64,000 nucleotides of DNA from Mobula hypostoma (taxonomy: Eukaryota): contig NC_086097.1 of assembly GCF_963921235.1 (NCBI RefSeq), forward strand, positions 109,928,001-109,992,000. The letters are read 5' to 3'. The position numbers and the translations under genes were made by a program. This document shows positions 37,847-51,529 of the stretch, one piece after another (the stretch's first letter is position 1; each line of letters begins with the position of its first letter). Under the pieces are notes generated by a model. It was not told the DNA's origin. It was given only the letters and a program-made list of their open reading frames with translations, and did no database searches.

Positions 37847-40800
37847 AATTAATGTAATATAAAGCTGTATATGTAACAAAACATTCAATTTCCCTTTAAC
37901 GGAACATGTTCAAATAAACATGCTTTCACAATGACAGTGACTACTTGATTTTTTTTAAGTAACAGTCCATAACTAACTTCACTACACTAAAGATCCAGAG
38001 TTAGCGCTCTGGACCTATGGAGTTGCATCAGGCTTGACAGGTTTCTTGACAAAGACAACTTTCTCTGTTGTAGGTGAGTTGTTGCTGTTAGTGAGATAAT
38101 CATCACTCAGAGGTAAGTCCGGTGGATGCAATGTGCCTGTCTGTTTGGACGCAGATGACCCAGCTATATTCTTCAGCTGAGCATTCAGTATCTAGTCTAT
38201 ATGATGTCTCCATGTATGATCTCCAACATACACTGTGTACATCAGTGGTCCAGTTCTTGTAACTATCCTACCGGGTGTCCACTTGTCTTCTCAGTAATCA
38301 CACACTAGGACTTCCTGTCCAAACATAAGCTCCTTGCTGCTTCACTTGGCAACTGGCTAAACTGTTTATTCTGCACTTCCCTCTGGAGGTCTGGTTTCAG
38401 GAGGCCTGTGCAAGATCTCAGATTCCTGTTCATGAACAGCTTTGCAGGTGTTTAATCTGTCGTCGCATGAACAGAGTTCCGATACAAAAAAGGAAAGTGC
38501 CCTCTTTGTGCTGGAGAGAAATGTCCTCCATTTCCATAGCCTTTAATGGACTTCTTGAAGGTTTGGCTAAACTTTTCAGCTAACCCATTCATTGCTGGAT
38601 GATGAGGAGCTGACTTGAAATGTTTGATGCCATTTTTCTTCATGATATTCTGAACTCTTCTGACATGTAGTATGGTCAGTTGTCATTCAAAATTTGTTCA
38701 GGTAAGCCATTTCAGGTGAAGATAAGTCCTCGGAACGGAAACGCTCTTTTCTGATGAGATTGACTTAATTGGTATGATCTGAGGCCACTTCAAATGTGCA
38801 TCCACAGGAATCAGAAACATGGAGTTCATGAATGACCCAACAAAGTCAATATGCACTCTTTACTATGGTGAAGATGGCCACTCCCACTGGTGTAAAGGTG
38901 CCTGTGGGGTGCATTTTGAACTGAACAGCTTTTAGTCAATCTTCAATCTATCTATTTCTGGCCACCACACATAGCTCTAGGTGAGACTTTTCATCTTGAC
39001 TGTACCCAGGTGTCCTTCATGCAGATTTTCTAACACTCTGGTGCGCAGTTTAGGGGGAAACACAACACGAGAACCACACATCAGAGTTCTTTGACATACA
39101 GACCGTTGTTCTCATCTCATTGAGAACTCCGGAAACATAGGATTACCATGAGCTGGCCATCCTTGCATGGTGATGTCATAGGCTTGTGAGAATATCAGGT
39201 CATTCCTTGTATCTCTTTGTATTTCAGAATTTCTTACCAGGAGCTGGTCCAACAAAGATGTGTAGAACACCTCTGCTGGCTCAGAGAATGAAGACTTTTC
39301 ACCTTCAGTTCAGAGAATGAAGACCTTTCAACTTCATTTGTGGAAGACATGACAAGCTGTCAGCATTGCTATGTGCTTGGTACCCTTGAACTCTATGCCA
39401 TAAGAGTGTGCTCCTAGGAATAGTGCCCAGCCTTGTAACCACTGTTTCAGTCTTCTCTTGTGACTTATGTAAACCATGCTTGTCAATGACATGGCCAGAA
39501 TATGTGATTTCATTCTTGAAAAACTCACATTTGTCTCTTTGTATGCAGACCATACTCATTCAGCCTGGTAAGCACTTTACCAAGGTCCTGAAGGTGCTCT
39601 TCATCATTCTTGCCAGTCACAATGATGTCATCAAGATAACATTGTGTTACTGGGATATCTTGGAGCACTTGGTCCATTGTTCTTTGTCAAATTGCTGGAG
39701 CTGATGTGACACTAAAGTCAAGACCATTTTACTGGAACAGTCCCTTGTGAGTGTTGATTGAGAGGAACTTCCTGCTTGACTCCTCAATCTCTATTTTCAG
39801 ATAGGCTTGTTACAAGCCAACCTTTGCAAACCTCTCCCTGCCAACAAAGTATCTTCTATTCACGTAAGGGGATACTGCACAGTATGCAGCACAGGGTTGA
39901 CGCTCACTTTGAATTCCCCACATATGTGAATAGTTCCAACCTTCACTTTCTTAATCACTGGGGCACTGGGCCTCGCCCTATCGCTACACTCAAATTCGGA
40001 GAGAATTTCAGCCACCTCCAAATCTGAAGTTCAGCATCCACTTTAGGATGTAATGCGTAAGGCACTGGACATACTTTATGGAATCTTGGTGTTGCTGCTT
40101 CATCATCCAGTTCAATTCTGGCCTTCATGCCTTTGAGTTTACCGATACCCTTCTCAAGCACCTTCTCATTGGCATTAAGCTGCTGTGATAGTCTCTGGTT
40201 AATGCTACCATTTGGGCTGCCGTTGCCTGTTGATGACACATTGAGAGCTTTGATTGTGTGCCAGTCTAGAAACATAGAAACATAGGAAACCTACAGCACA
40301 ATACAGGCCCTTTGGCCCACAAAACTGTGCCGAACATGTCCTCACCTTAGAAATTACCTAGGGTTATCCATAGCCCTCTATTTTTCTGAGCTCCATGTAC
40401 CTGTCCAGGAGTCTCTTAAAAGACCCTATCATATCCACCTCCACCACCGTCGCCGGCAGCCCATTCCACACACTCACACTCTCTGCATAAAAAACTTACC
40501 CCTGACATCTCCTCTGTACCTACTTCTAAGCACCTTAAAACTGTGCCCTCTCGTACTAGCCATTTCAACCTGGGAAAAAGCCTCTGACTATCCACACCAT
40601 CAATGCCTCTCATCATCTTATACTCCTCTGCCAGGTCACCTCTCATCCTCTATAGCTTGAAGGAAAAAAGGCCAAATTCACTCAACCTGTTCTCATAAGG
40701 CATGCTCCCCAATCTAGGAAAAATCCTTGTAAATCTCCTCTGCACCCTTTCTATGGTTTCCACATCCTTCCTGTAGTGATGCAACCAGAACTCCAACCAG

Positions 40801-43800
40801 TCTGACCAGGGTCCTATATGGCTGCAACATTACTTCTTGGCTCCTAAACTCAATCCCACAATTGATGAAGGCCAATGCACCGTATGCTTTCTTAACCACA
40901 GAGTCAACCTGCGCAGCAGCTTTGAGTGTCCTATGGACTCGGACCCCAAGATCCCTCTGATCCTCCACACTGTCAAGAGTCTGACCATTAATACTTTATC
41001 CTGCCATCATATTTGACCTACTAAAATGAACCACTTCACACTTATCTGTGTTGAATTCCATCTGCCACTTCTCAGCCCAGTTCTGCATCCAATCAATGTC
41101 CCGCTGTAACCTCTGACAGCCCTCCACACTATCCACAACACCCCTCAACCTTTGTGTCATCAGAAAATTTACTAACCCATCCCTCCACTTCTTCATCCAG
41201 GTCATTTATAAAATTCACGAAGAGTAGGGATCCCAGAACAGGTCCTTGAGGCACACCACTGGTCACCGACCTCCATGCAGAATATGACCCGTCTACAACC
41301 ACTCTTTGACTTCTGTGGGCAAGCCAGTTCTGGATCTACTTAGCAATGTCTCCTTGGATCCCATACCTCCTTTCTTTCTCAATCAGCCTTACATGGGGTA
41401 CCTTGTCAAATGCCTTGCTGAAATCTATATATGCTACATCTACTGCTCTACCTTCATCAACGTGTTTAGTCACATCCTCAAAAAATTCAATAATGCTCGT
41501 AAGGCACGACCTGCCTTTCACAAAGCCATGCTGACTATTCCTACTCATATTATGCCTCTCCGAATGTTCATAAGTCTTGCCTCTCAGGATCTTCTCCATC
41601 AACTTACCAACCACTGAAATAAGACTCACCGGTCTATAATTTCCTGGGCTATCTCTACTCCTTTTCTTGAATAATGGAACAACATCCGCAACCCTCCAAT
41701 CCTCCGGAACCTCTGCCGTCCCCATTGATGATTCAAAGATCATCGCCAGAAGCTCAGCAATCTCCTCCCTCGCCTCCCACAGTAGCCTGTGGAACATCTC
41801 TAATGGTCCTGATGATTATCCAACGATGCTTTCCAAAGCTCCAACACATCCTCGTTCTTATTATCTGTATGCTCAAGGTTTTCAGTCAGCTGTAAGTCAT
41901 CCCTACAATCGCCAAGATCCTTTTCGTAGTGAATACTGAAGCAAAGTATTCATTAATTAACTTTGCTATCTCCTCCAGTTCCATATACACTTTTCCACTG
42001 TCACACTTGATTGGTCCTATTCTCTCACGTCTTATCCTCTTGCTCTTCACATACTAGTAGAATGCCTTGGGGTTTTCCTTAATCCTGTCGGCCAAGGCCT
42101 TCTCATGGCCCCTTCTGGCTTCCTTAATTTCATTCTCAAGCTCCTTCCTGCTAGCCTTATAATCTTCTAGATCTCTATCATTACCTAGTGTGCGTATGCA
42201 CCGGTCATGCATGCAGCCCGTTACAGTTGCTCCGTCTAGTTTTCCCACTTTTCTTACTTTTTAAACTTCTTTAATTTACGTTATTTGTTGTATTTTTTTC
42301 ACGGTAACTCGTTGAAGCTGCATCCTCTCTAACATGCTGGTGGAGAGAGTTTTATTTGGGTTTTTAGTGCTGTAAGTAGTTACATTCGGACGCGTCTCAT
42401 TTGTGTGGCAGCAGTATGGTCGCATTGTTTATTCCAGGGACCAGCTAATTGCATTCATGCCGGCCTGTTTAGCGAACAGAGCGGCAGACACCCCGGCTGA
42501 AATCTGGAGGAAAACACACAGAGGATGCAGAGGGGGATCAAAAAGGCAAGGGAAGAGGACCGGGTTGAGACAACAGCGGCTTACGGAGAAGAGAAGTCAT
42601 AAGCCGTGTCTCCCCTCTCTCATTATGGGCAATGTGAGGTCGCTGGGTAATAAAATGGATGAGTTGACGGCGCTAGTCAGGAGTCAGAGAACATTTTGGG
42701 AGAGCAATGTTATGTGTTTTACTGAAACATGGCTGCACGAGGACATACCCGATCAAAACGTTTCCATAGAGGGCTTCCAGACCGTTCAGGCTGACTGGAA
42801 TTGCACTGAGAGTGGTAAGCGTAAAGGAGGGGGGCTTGCTGTTCTGGTAAATAACAGATGGTGCAATCCTGGGCATATTACGATCAAGGAACGTGTTTGT
42901 AGCCCGGATATTGAACTTCTTGTTGTTGGACTCCGGCCATATTATTTGCCACGAGAAATCTCACATGCAATTGTGGTTGTTGTGTACATCCCTCCCTCTG
43001 CCAACCCGATGTCGGCGTGTAACATCATTTACTTCATCATAGCCAGATTACAAACCCAGCACCCGCGTGCCCTCATTACCATCTCGGGTGACTTCAACCA
43101 TGTTCCCATGGCTAGAACACTGCCCAACTTCATGCAGTATGTGAGCTGTACAACCAGAGGGGAGAGGACTCTGGATTTGATGTACGCTAACGTTAAGGAT
43201 GCATACAGCTCCCCTCCCCTCCCCCCACCGGGAAGGTCAGATCACAACCTGGTGCATCTAAAACCCTGCTACATGCCTCTGGTGAAGAGCAAACCTGCAA
43301 CCTCGAGGACAGTGAGGAAATGGTCGGAGGAGGCTTATGAGGCGCTCCAGGGTTGTTTTGAGGTGACAGACTGGCAGGCACTCTGTGAGCCACATGGAGA
43401 GGATATTGATGGGCTCACAGAGTGCATCACTGATTACATCAACTTCTGTGTGGACGGCAATGTTCCGACAAGAACCGTCCTTTGTTATTCAAATAACAAG
43501 CCATGGGTAACAAAGGACATTAAGGACATCCTGGACGCTAAAAAGAGGGCATTTAGAGATGGAAATAGGGAGGAGCTGAGGACAATGCAGAGGGACCTGA
43601 AAGCCAGGATCAGGGAAGCTAAAGACAGGTACAGGAGGAAGCTTGAGTGGAAACTCCAGCAGAACAACATGAGAGAGGTCTGGAGTGGGATGAGGACCAT
43701 CACTGGGTTCCGGCAAACTAGCAACAGAGGAGCTAAAAGCAGTGTGGACAGGGCCAACAGATTTGACATTGTGGCCCCTGCCCATCCTCCACATGAGTCA

Positions 43801-45340
43801 TCTGTTGTCGGCCACCAACCAACACATATTCCACTCTCCCCTCCCACCCTTCCTCACAGTCCCCCACCCTGCTCTCATGACTATACTCCTTCCCTACACG
43901 AAACCACCATGGTGGTCTTCACAGCTGAACAGGTGAGAAGACAGCTGAAACATCTCAACCCAAGCAAGGCTGCAGGACCGGGTGGTGTCAGTACCAGGGT
44001 GCTCAAAGTCTGTGCCCCTCAGCTATGTCGAGTACTTCACCATGTATTCAACCTGCGCCTGAGGCTCCGGAGGGTTCCTGTGCTGTGGAAGACGTCCTGC
44101 CTCGTCCCTGTGCCAAAGACGCCACGCCCCAGCGGCCTCAATGACTACAGACCGGTGGCATTGACCACCCACATCATGAAAACCCTGGAGAGACTTGTTC
44201 TGGAGCTGCTCCAGCCTATGTTTAGGCCACTCTTAGATCCCCTCCAGTTCACCTACCAGCCCTGACTAGGAGTTGAGGATGCCATCGTCTACCTGCTGAA
44301 CCGAGTCTACGTCCACCTGGACAAGCCAGCGAGCACTGTGAGGGTCATGTTTTTTGACTTCTCCAGTGCGTTCAACACCATCTGCCCTGCTCTGCTGGGG
44401 GAGAAGCTGACAGCGATGCAGGTGGATGCTTCCGTGGTGTCATGGATTCTTGATTACCAGACTGGCAGACCACAGTACATGTGCTTGCAACACTGTGTGT
44501 CCGACAGAGTGATCAGCAGCACTGGGACTCCACAGGGGTCTGTCTTGTCTCTCTTTCTCTTCACCATTTATACCTCGGACTTCAACTACTGTACTGTCTT
44601 GTCATCTTCAGAAGTTTTCTGATGACTCTGCCATAGTTGGATGCATCAGCAAGGGAAATGAGGCTGAGTACAGGGCTACGGTAGGAAACTTTGTCACATG
44701 GTGTGAGCAGAATTATCTGCAGCTTAATGTGAAAAAGACTAAGGAGCTGGTGGTAGACCTGAGGAGAGCTAAGGCACCGGTAACCCCTGTTTCCATCCAG
44801 GGGGTCAGTGTGGACATAGTGGAGGATTACAAATACCTGGGGATACGAATTGACAATAAACTGGACTGGTCAAAGAACACTGAGGGTGTCTACAAGAAGG
44901 GTGAGAGCCATCTCTATTTCCTGAGGAGACTGAGGTCCTTTAACATCTGTCGGACGATGCTGAGGATGTTCTACGACTCTGTGGTGGCCAGTGCGATCAT
45001 GTTTGCTGTTGCGTGCTGGGGCAGCAGGCTGAGGGTAGCAGACACCAACAGAATCAACAAACTCATTCGTAAGGCCAGTGACGTTGTGGGGATGGAACTG
45101 GACTCTCTGACGGTGGTGTCTGAAAAGAGAGTGCTGTCCAAGATGCATGCCATCTTGGACAATGTCTCCCATCCACTACATAATGTACTGGTTGGGCACA
45201 GGAGTACATTCAGCCAGAGACTCATTCTACCAAGATGCAACACAGAGCGTCATAGGAAGTCATTCCTGCCTGTGGCCATCAAACTTTACAACTCCTCCCT
45301 TAGAGGGTCAGACACCCTGAGCCAATAGGCTGGTCCTGGA

Positions 45341-45482
45341 AACAACAGGAATTCTGCAGATGCTGGAAATTCAAGCAACACACATCAAAGTCGCTGGTGA
45401 ATGCAGCAGGCCAGGCAGCATCCCTAGGAAGAGGTGCAGTCGATGTTTCAGGCCGAGACCCTTCGTCAGGACTAACTTCGTC
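45341..45482 (-). repeat. Penelope-derived short insertion in the Rex1 3' UTR
   Basis: 14-bp TSD AGGCTGGTCCTGGA at 45327-45340 and 45483-45496; reverse complement matches about 30055-30135. Confidence 0.85.
45438..45473 (-). ncRNA. Minimal type I hammerhead ribozyme motif
   Basis: Minus strand AGTC-CTGACGA-AGGGTCTCGGCCT-GAAAC-ATC-GACT: intact CUGANGA and GAAA core, stem I AGTC/GACT, NUH triplet AUC. Confidence 0.65.
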
Positions 45483-47084
45483 AGGCTGGTCCTGGACTTA
45501 TTTCCTGGCATAATTTACATATTACTATTTAATTATTTATGGTTTTATTACTATCTAATTATTTATGGTGCAACTGTAACGAAAACCAGTTACCCCCAGG
45601 ATCAATAAAGTATGACTATGACTGTGACTACTACTAGTTTTTTGAACCTTTGGTAAACTCTTCTTTTCTTCTTGACCAGATTTACAACAGCCCTTGTACA
45701 CCACGGTTCCTGTACCTTACCATACTTTCCCTGTCTCATTGGAATGTACATATGCAGAACTCCACGCAAATATTTCCTGAACATTTTCCACATTTCTTCC
45801 ATACATTTCCCTAAGAACATCTGTTCCAGTTTATGCTTCCAAGTTCCTGCATGATAGCCTCATATTTCCCCTTACTCCAATTAAACACTTTCCTAACTTA
45901 TCTGTTCCTATCCCTCTCCAATGCTATGGTAAAGGAGATATAGTTTATGGAAATTTCCATGCTGAATAGATGGAATTAGTGAGAAAGGCAGCATTGGCTA
46001 CCGGTTTTCTCTACAGGCCAGCAGGTACATGTATAGTAGACCTTGATCATGGATATACTGTGTGCCAGTGTGTAAATATAACCCTTTAGCATCTAGTTGG
46101 ATTTTTCTCAACTATGCATGCCCAAAAAGTGCTGTCCCTGCACTTTTCAACACATAAAGCTCTAACTGCTGTGTTTTGCCTCTGTATGTCACATTCACTT
46201 TCAGTATGCCTTTGGTTTTCTGTCTCTGTAGATCTTTACCATCACAGAAGTCTTTCCTAATGATCGCCTAGATAACAGTCTGTTGTAGCCAGTATCTGAA
46301 ATTATAGACAAAGCTGAGTCTATATCCAGCTCCATTTTCAGTTTTAGACCAGACTCATCTGTTGTGATCCATATGACTTTGCGACCTGCTTCTGGAATGC
46401 TATGCAGTTCCAGGCATGACAGCTCGCTTTTGTTAGATCTTGTGTTTTCTGATTCAGTTTCACAGTCAGCCACTCAGTTTTTTGTTTAGTTTTGTGTTTG
46501 AAATGTTTCACTCTGTGTGGTTTTTCTCTTTGGTTGTGACTTTTATCAGACTTGCACACTCTCTGTGTGATCTTGTCTATGACACTTTCTATAAACTTTT
46601 TCTTTGCATTTGCATCATGTGAGGATTTGTCACATCAATAACATTGTTGGCTTTTTGCACTACTGATAGACATTTTGTGTGTTTCACATTCTAAACTCTT
46701 TTTCTGTAGTTCTGACACATCCTTTGCTGCAGTCTCTCAATGTCCATTGTAAGGTTAGGTCTCTTCCTGACAGTAGCTTCTTTAGAGCATCTTAACTATG
46801 AATGTCACATACAAGCCTATCCCTTAGTGCATCAGAAAGTCCATCTCCACAGTAACAGTATTGGGAAAGTTTGCACAGTACTGCAGTGTATTCAGAAATG
46901 CTTTCATCGTTTGATTGGTTCCTTTTGTGAAATCTAAATCTCTCAGCTATTACTAGCGATTTTGTAAAATTTCAACAGTTTCGTCGAACATCTTACTTGC
47001 TGGTTTTACAGGAGTTACTAAGTTGAATAAGAGATTGTACATTTTAGCATCCATTAAGCTAAGATGTGTGGAGACTTTATTATC

Positions 47085-47298
47085 ATAGAACATAGAACAT
47101 AGAAATTACAGCACATTACAGGCCCTTCGGCTCACAATGTTGTGCCAACCACGTAACCCTACTCTAGAGACTACCTAGAATTTCCCTAGCGCTATTTTTC
47201 TAAGCTCCATGTACCTACCTAAGAGGCTTTTAAAAGACGCTATTCTATCCGCTTCCATCACTGCCGCCGATAGTGCATTCCACGCACCCACCACTCTC
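47085..47298 (-). mobile_element. CR1 3' fragment inside the Gypsy gag
   Basis: catagaacatagaacatag tail and gtgcattccacgcacccaccactct. Confidence 0.8.
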
Positions 47299-47615
47299 TA
47301 TCCTCATCCACATCGTTAGCATTACGATATCATTCAACCCCCTCGATATATGATTCCCAGTCCTCATTAGCATGATCAAATTTGTCGACTTTCTCAACTA
47401 AGGCCATCGTCATGTTATTTTCACTTTAGCTTTGCTAATTTTGCATCTCTCACTGTGTACTGTGCACTGTCACTCACTCATCCCTGTGCTGGCATCTGTG
47501 ACTGTCTTCTCTCTACTGCTTCATTCTTTCCTCTTGCTGTCTCTCTCCCTTCCTCCAAGTTCTGTCATCTCATAACTGTCAGTGCAATTAGTGATATTCA
47601 CTGACGTTCCGGATC

Positions 47616-47628
47616 TTCCTCATCACCA
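47616..47628 (-). promoter_or_regulatory. Primer-binding site (tRNA-Ser(GCU)-like)
   Basis: Minus strand TGGTGATGAGGAA, a CpG-decayed TGGCGACGAGGA, 3 nt from the 5' LTR. Confidence 0.7.
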
Positions 47629-47631
47629 GTT

Positions 47632-47810
47632 TGTTGCATCTGTACAATTACATATCAAATAAATAAAGGCACAAATTCAAGTGGTGAAGTTAACTGGTAC
47701 ATTCACCTTGCAGAGTGGACAACAAATTCAATACACATGGGTGAGTTATCGGTCGATAATTAGTGCTAAGGGGAGTCATTGCACTAAAAGAAATAGATCT
47801 GTACCCTGCA
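47632..47810 (-). repeat. Gypsy 5' LTR (179 bp)
   Basis: TG...CA termini, bounded by the PBS and the ATTTC TSD. Confidence 0.8.
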
Positions 47811-47950
47811 ATTTCCAAAGCAGATTCCTGGGATGGCAAGACTGGCATATGAGGATATCTTGCATTGACTGACATGCAATGTTCAAGTTTAAAAGATGAA
47901 GAGGGTTTGTACAAAATTTAGACAAGGCTAGATCGACTGGATCATTCCGT

Positions 47951-50900
47951 AAGACCATAAGATTCGAGTCTGCTCCGCCATTTTATCATGAGCTGATCCA
48001 TTCTCTTATTTAGTCCCACTCCCCCGCCTTCTCACCATAACCTTTGATGCCCTGGCTACTCAGATACCTATCAATCTCTGCCTTAAATACACCCAATGAC
48101 TTGGCCTCCACTGCTGCCCGTGGCAACAAATTCCATAGATTCACCATCCTCTGACTAAAAAATTTCTTTGCATTTCTGTTCTGAATGGGCGCCCTTCAAT
48201 CCTTAAGTCATGCCCTCTCGTACTAGACTCCCCCATCATGGGAAACAACTTTGCCACATCCACTCTGTCCATGCCTTTCAACATTCGAAATGTTTCTATA
48301 AGGTCTCCCCTCATTCTTCTAAACTCCAAGGAATACAGTCCAAGAGCAGACAAACGTTCCTCATATGTTAACCCTCTCATTCCCGGAATCATTCTAGTGA
48401 ATCTTCTCTGTACCTTCTCCAACGTCAGCACATCCTTTCTTAAATAAGGAGACCCAAACTGCCCACAGTACTCCAAGTGAGGTGTCACCAGCGCCTTATA
48501 GAGCCTCAACATCACATCCCTACTCCTATACTCTCTTCCTCTAGAAATGAATGCCAACATTGCATTCGCCTTCTTCACTACTGTCTCAACCTGGAGGTTA
48601 ACTTTAAGGGTATCCTGTACGAGGACTCCCAAGTCCCGTTGCATCTCAGAACTTTGAATTCTTTCCCCATTTAAATAATAGTCTGCTTGTCTATTTCTTC
48701 TGCCAAAGTGTATAACCATACACTTTCCAACATTGTATTTCATTTGCCACTTCTTTGCCCATTCTTCCAATCTATCCAAGCCTCTCTGCAGACTCTCCGT
48801 TTCCTCAGCACTACCGGCCCCTCCACCTATCTTCGTATCGTCAGCAAACTTAGCCACAAAACCATCTATTCCATAATCCAAATCATTGATGTACAATGTA
48901 AAAAGAAGCGGCCCCAACACTGACCCCTGTGGAACACCACTGGTAACCGGCAACCAACCAGAATGGGATCCCTTTATTCCCACTCTCTGTTTCTTGTCAA
49001 TCAACCAACGCTCTATCCACGTATGTAACTTTCCCGTAATTCCATGGGCTCTTATCTTGTTAAGTAGCCTCATGTGTGGCACCTTGTCAAAGGCCTTATG
49101 AAAATCCAAAGACACAGCATCCACTGCATCTCCCTTGTCTAGACTACTGGTAATTTCCTCAAAAAATTGTAATAGGTTTGTCAGGCAGGATTTTCCTTTA
49201 AGGAATCCATGCTGAGTTCTGCCTATCTTGTCATATGCCTCCAGGTACTCTGTAACCTCATCCTTGACAATCGACTCCAACAACTTCCCAACTACCGATG
49301 TCAAACTAACAGGTCTATAGTTTCCTTTTTGCTTCCTTGCCCCCTTCTTAAATAGCGGAGTGACATTTGCAATCTTCCAGTCCTCTGGAACCATGCCAGA
49401 ATCTATCGACTTTTGAAAGATCATCACTAATGCCTCCGCAATCTCCACAGCTACTTCCTTCAGAACACACGGGTGCATTCCATCTGGTCCGGGAGATTTA
49501 TCTACCTTTAGACGATTCAGCTTCCTGAGTATTTTCTGTGTTGTAATTGTGACTGCGCACACTTCTCTTCCCTGCCACCCTTGAGTGTCCGGTATACTGC
49601 TGTCTTCCTCAGTGAAGACTGATGCAAAATACTCGCTCAGTTCCTCTGCAATCTCCTTATCTCCCATTACAATTTCTCCGGCGTCATTTTCTATCGGTCC
49701 TATATCTACTCTCACCTGTCTTTTACTCTTCATGTACTTGAAAAGCTTTTAGTATCCTCTTTGGTATTATTTGCTAGCTTCCTTTCACGGTTAATCTTTT
49801 CTCTCTTAATGACCTTCTTGGTTTCCTTTTGTAAGGTTTTAAAAACCTCCCAATCCTCTGTCATTCCACTAATTTTTGCTTCCTTGTATGCCCTCTCTTT
49901 TGCTTTAACTTTGGCTTTGACTTCTCTTGTCAACCACGGTTGCATCCTTTTTCCACTTGAAAATTTCTTCTTCTTTGGAATATGCCTGTCTTGCACCGTC
50001 CTCATTTCTCGCATAAACTCCAGCCACTGCTGCTCTGCTGTCTTTCCCGCCAGCGTCCCTTTCCAGTCAACTTTGGCCAGTTCCTCTCTCATGCCACTGT
50101 AATTTCCTTTCCTCCACTGAAATACCGACACATCAGATTTCGGCTTCTCTTTTTCTAATTTCACAGTGAACTCAATCATGTTATGATCACTGCCTCCTAA
50201 AGGTTCCTTCACCTCAATCTCTCTAATCACCTCCAGTTCATTACACAATACCCAATCCAGTACAGCTGATCCCCTGGTGGGCTCAACAACAAGCTGTTCT
50301 AAAAAGCCATCTCGCAGACATTCTACAAATTCTCTCTCTTGAGATCCAATGCTGAACTGATTTTCCCAATCTACTCGCATGTTAAAATCCCCCAACAATT
50401 ATCATAACACTGTCCTTCTGACAAGCCTTTTCTATTTCCAGTTGTAATTTGTAGTCCATATCCCTGCAGCTGTTTGGAGGCCTATAAATAACTGCCATCA
50501 GGGTCCTTTTATCCCTGTTATTTCTTAGCTCAACCCATAAGGATTCTGCACCTTCTGATCCTATATCACCTCCTTCTAATGATTTAATATCATTTCTTAC
50601 CAATAAAGCCACGCCTCCCCCTCTGCCTACCTTCCTATCCTTCCGATACACTGCGTATCCTTGGACGTTCAGCTCCCAGAGACATGCATCCTTTAGCCAT
50701 GTCTCAGTGATGGCCACAATATCATACCTGCCAATCTGTAGCTGTACAACAAGATCATCCACTTTATTCCTTATGCTGCGTGCATTTAAGTACAACACCT
50801 TAAGACCAGTATTTGATACTTCTCGCTTTGATTTCACTGCAACTTTATTGCATTGCAACTCATCCCAATGGATACAAATTTGCCCCATCACCTGCCTGTC

Positions 50901-51529
50901 TTTCTTGACATCTTTACTGCTCACTATCTTAGATTTATTTCTGTTTTCCCCTTCCTCCGCTCTATCATTCCGGTTCCCATCCCCCTGCCAAGTTAGTTTA
51001 CACCCTCCCTAACAGCTCTATTAAACTTTCCTGCCAGGATATTGGTCCCCTTCGGGTTCAGGTGTAACCCATCCTTTTTGAATTGGTCATACTTCCCCCA
51101 GAAGAGATCCCAATTATCCAAGAATCTGAAGCCCTGCCCCCTACACCAGTCTCTCAGCCACGCATTCATCTGCCTGATCTGACTATTCTTGCCTCGCTAG
51201 CACATGGCACAGGTAGCAATCCCGAGATTACTACCCTTGAGGTCCTGCTTCTCAGCTTCCTTCCTAACTCCTGGAAATCTCTCTTCAGGACCTCCTCCTT
51301 TGTCCTATCTATGTCATTGGTACCAACATGTACCAAGACAACTGGCTGCTCACCCTCCCACTTTAGAATATTCTGGACCCGATCCGAGACATCCCATACC
51401 CTGGCACCTGGGAGGCAACACACCATGCGGGTATCTCTGTCAGGCTCACAGAATCTCCTGTCTGTTCCCCTGACTATGGAATCCCCTACGACTACCGCAT
51501 TTCTCTTCTCCCTCCTTCTCTCCTGCACA
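47951..51529 (-). mobile_element. CR1 with partial ORF1 esterase and frameshifted ORF2
   Basis: ORFs 51166-51528 (GDSIVRG, HVGTND), 50382-50924, 49730-50398 and 48141-49733. Confidence 0.95.

Larger units (their letters stand above)
42190..45633 (+). mobile_element. Near full-length Rex1/Babar LINE (APE endonuclease and RT)
   Basis: ORFs 42403-44265 ([30 protein letters not shown]), 44338-44622 (DFSSAFNTI) and 44729-45328; AATAAA and (ACTATG)-like tail; TSD CTAGT at 42185-42189 and 45634-45638. Confidence 0.93.
40269..45940 (-). mobile_element. 5'-truncated CR1 (40269-42189 and 45634-45940) split by Rex1
   Basis: ORFs 41336-41797, 40996-41205, 40714-40968 and 45602-45820; (TTTCTATG)n tail at about 40268. 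Confidence 0.88.
37767..47810 (-). mobile_element. Complete but decayed Ty3/Gypsy (Mag-like) LTR retrotransposon with nested CR1, Rex1 and Penelope pieces
   Basis: 5-bp TSD ATTTC (37762-37766, 47811-47815); gag start MALVEKVDKFD..DWESYIE (about 47400); PR KMELDIDSALSII; RT 39400-40100; IN HIDFVG..HHPAMNGLAE (38400-39000); PBS and PPT present. Confidence 0.9.
37020..47950 (+). mobile_element. Old CR1-like LINE (about 37020-37766 and 47811-47950) that hosts the Gypsy insertion
   Basis: Sequence rejoins as ..gagagttcagtgaagATTTCcaaagcagattcctgggatgg.. across the Gypsy element. Confidence 0.65.
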
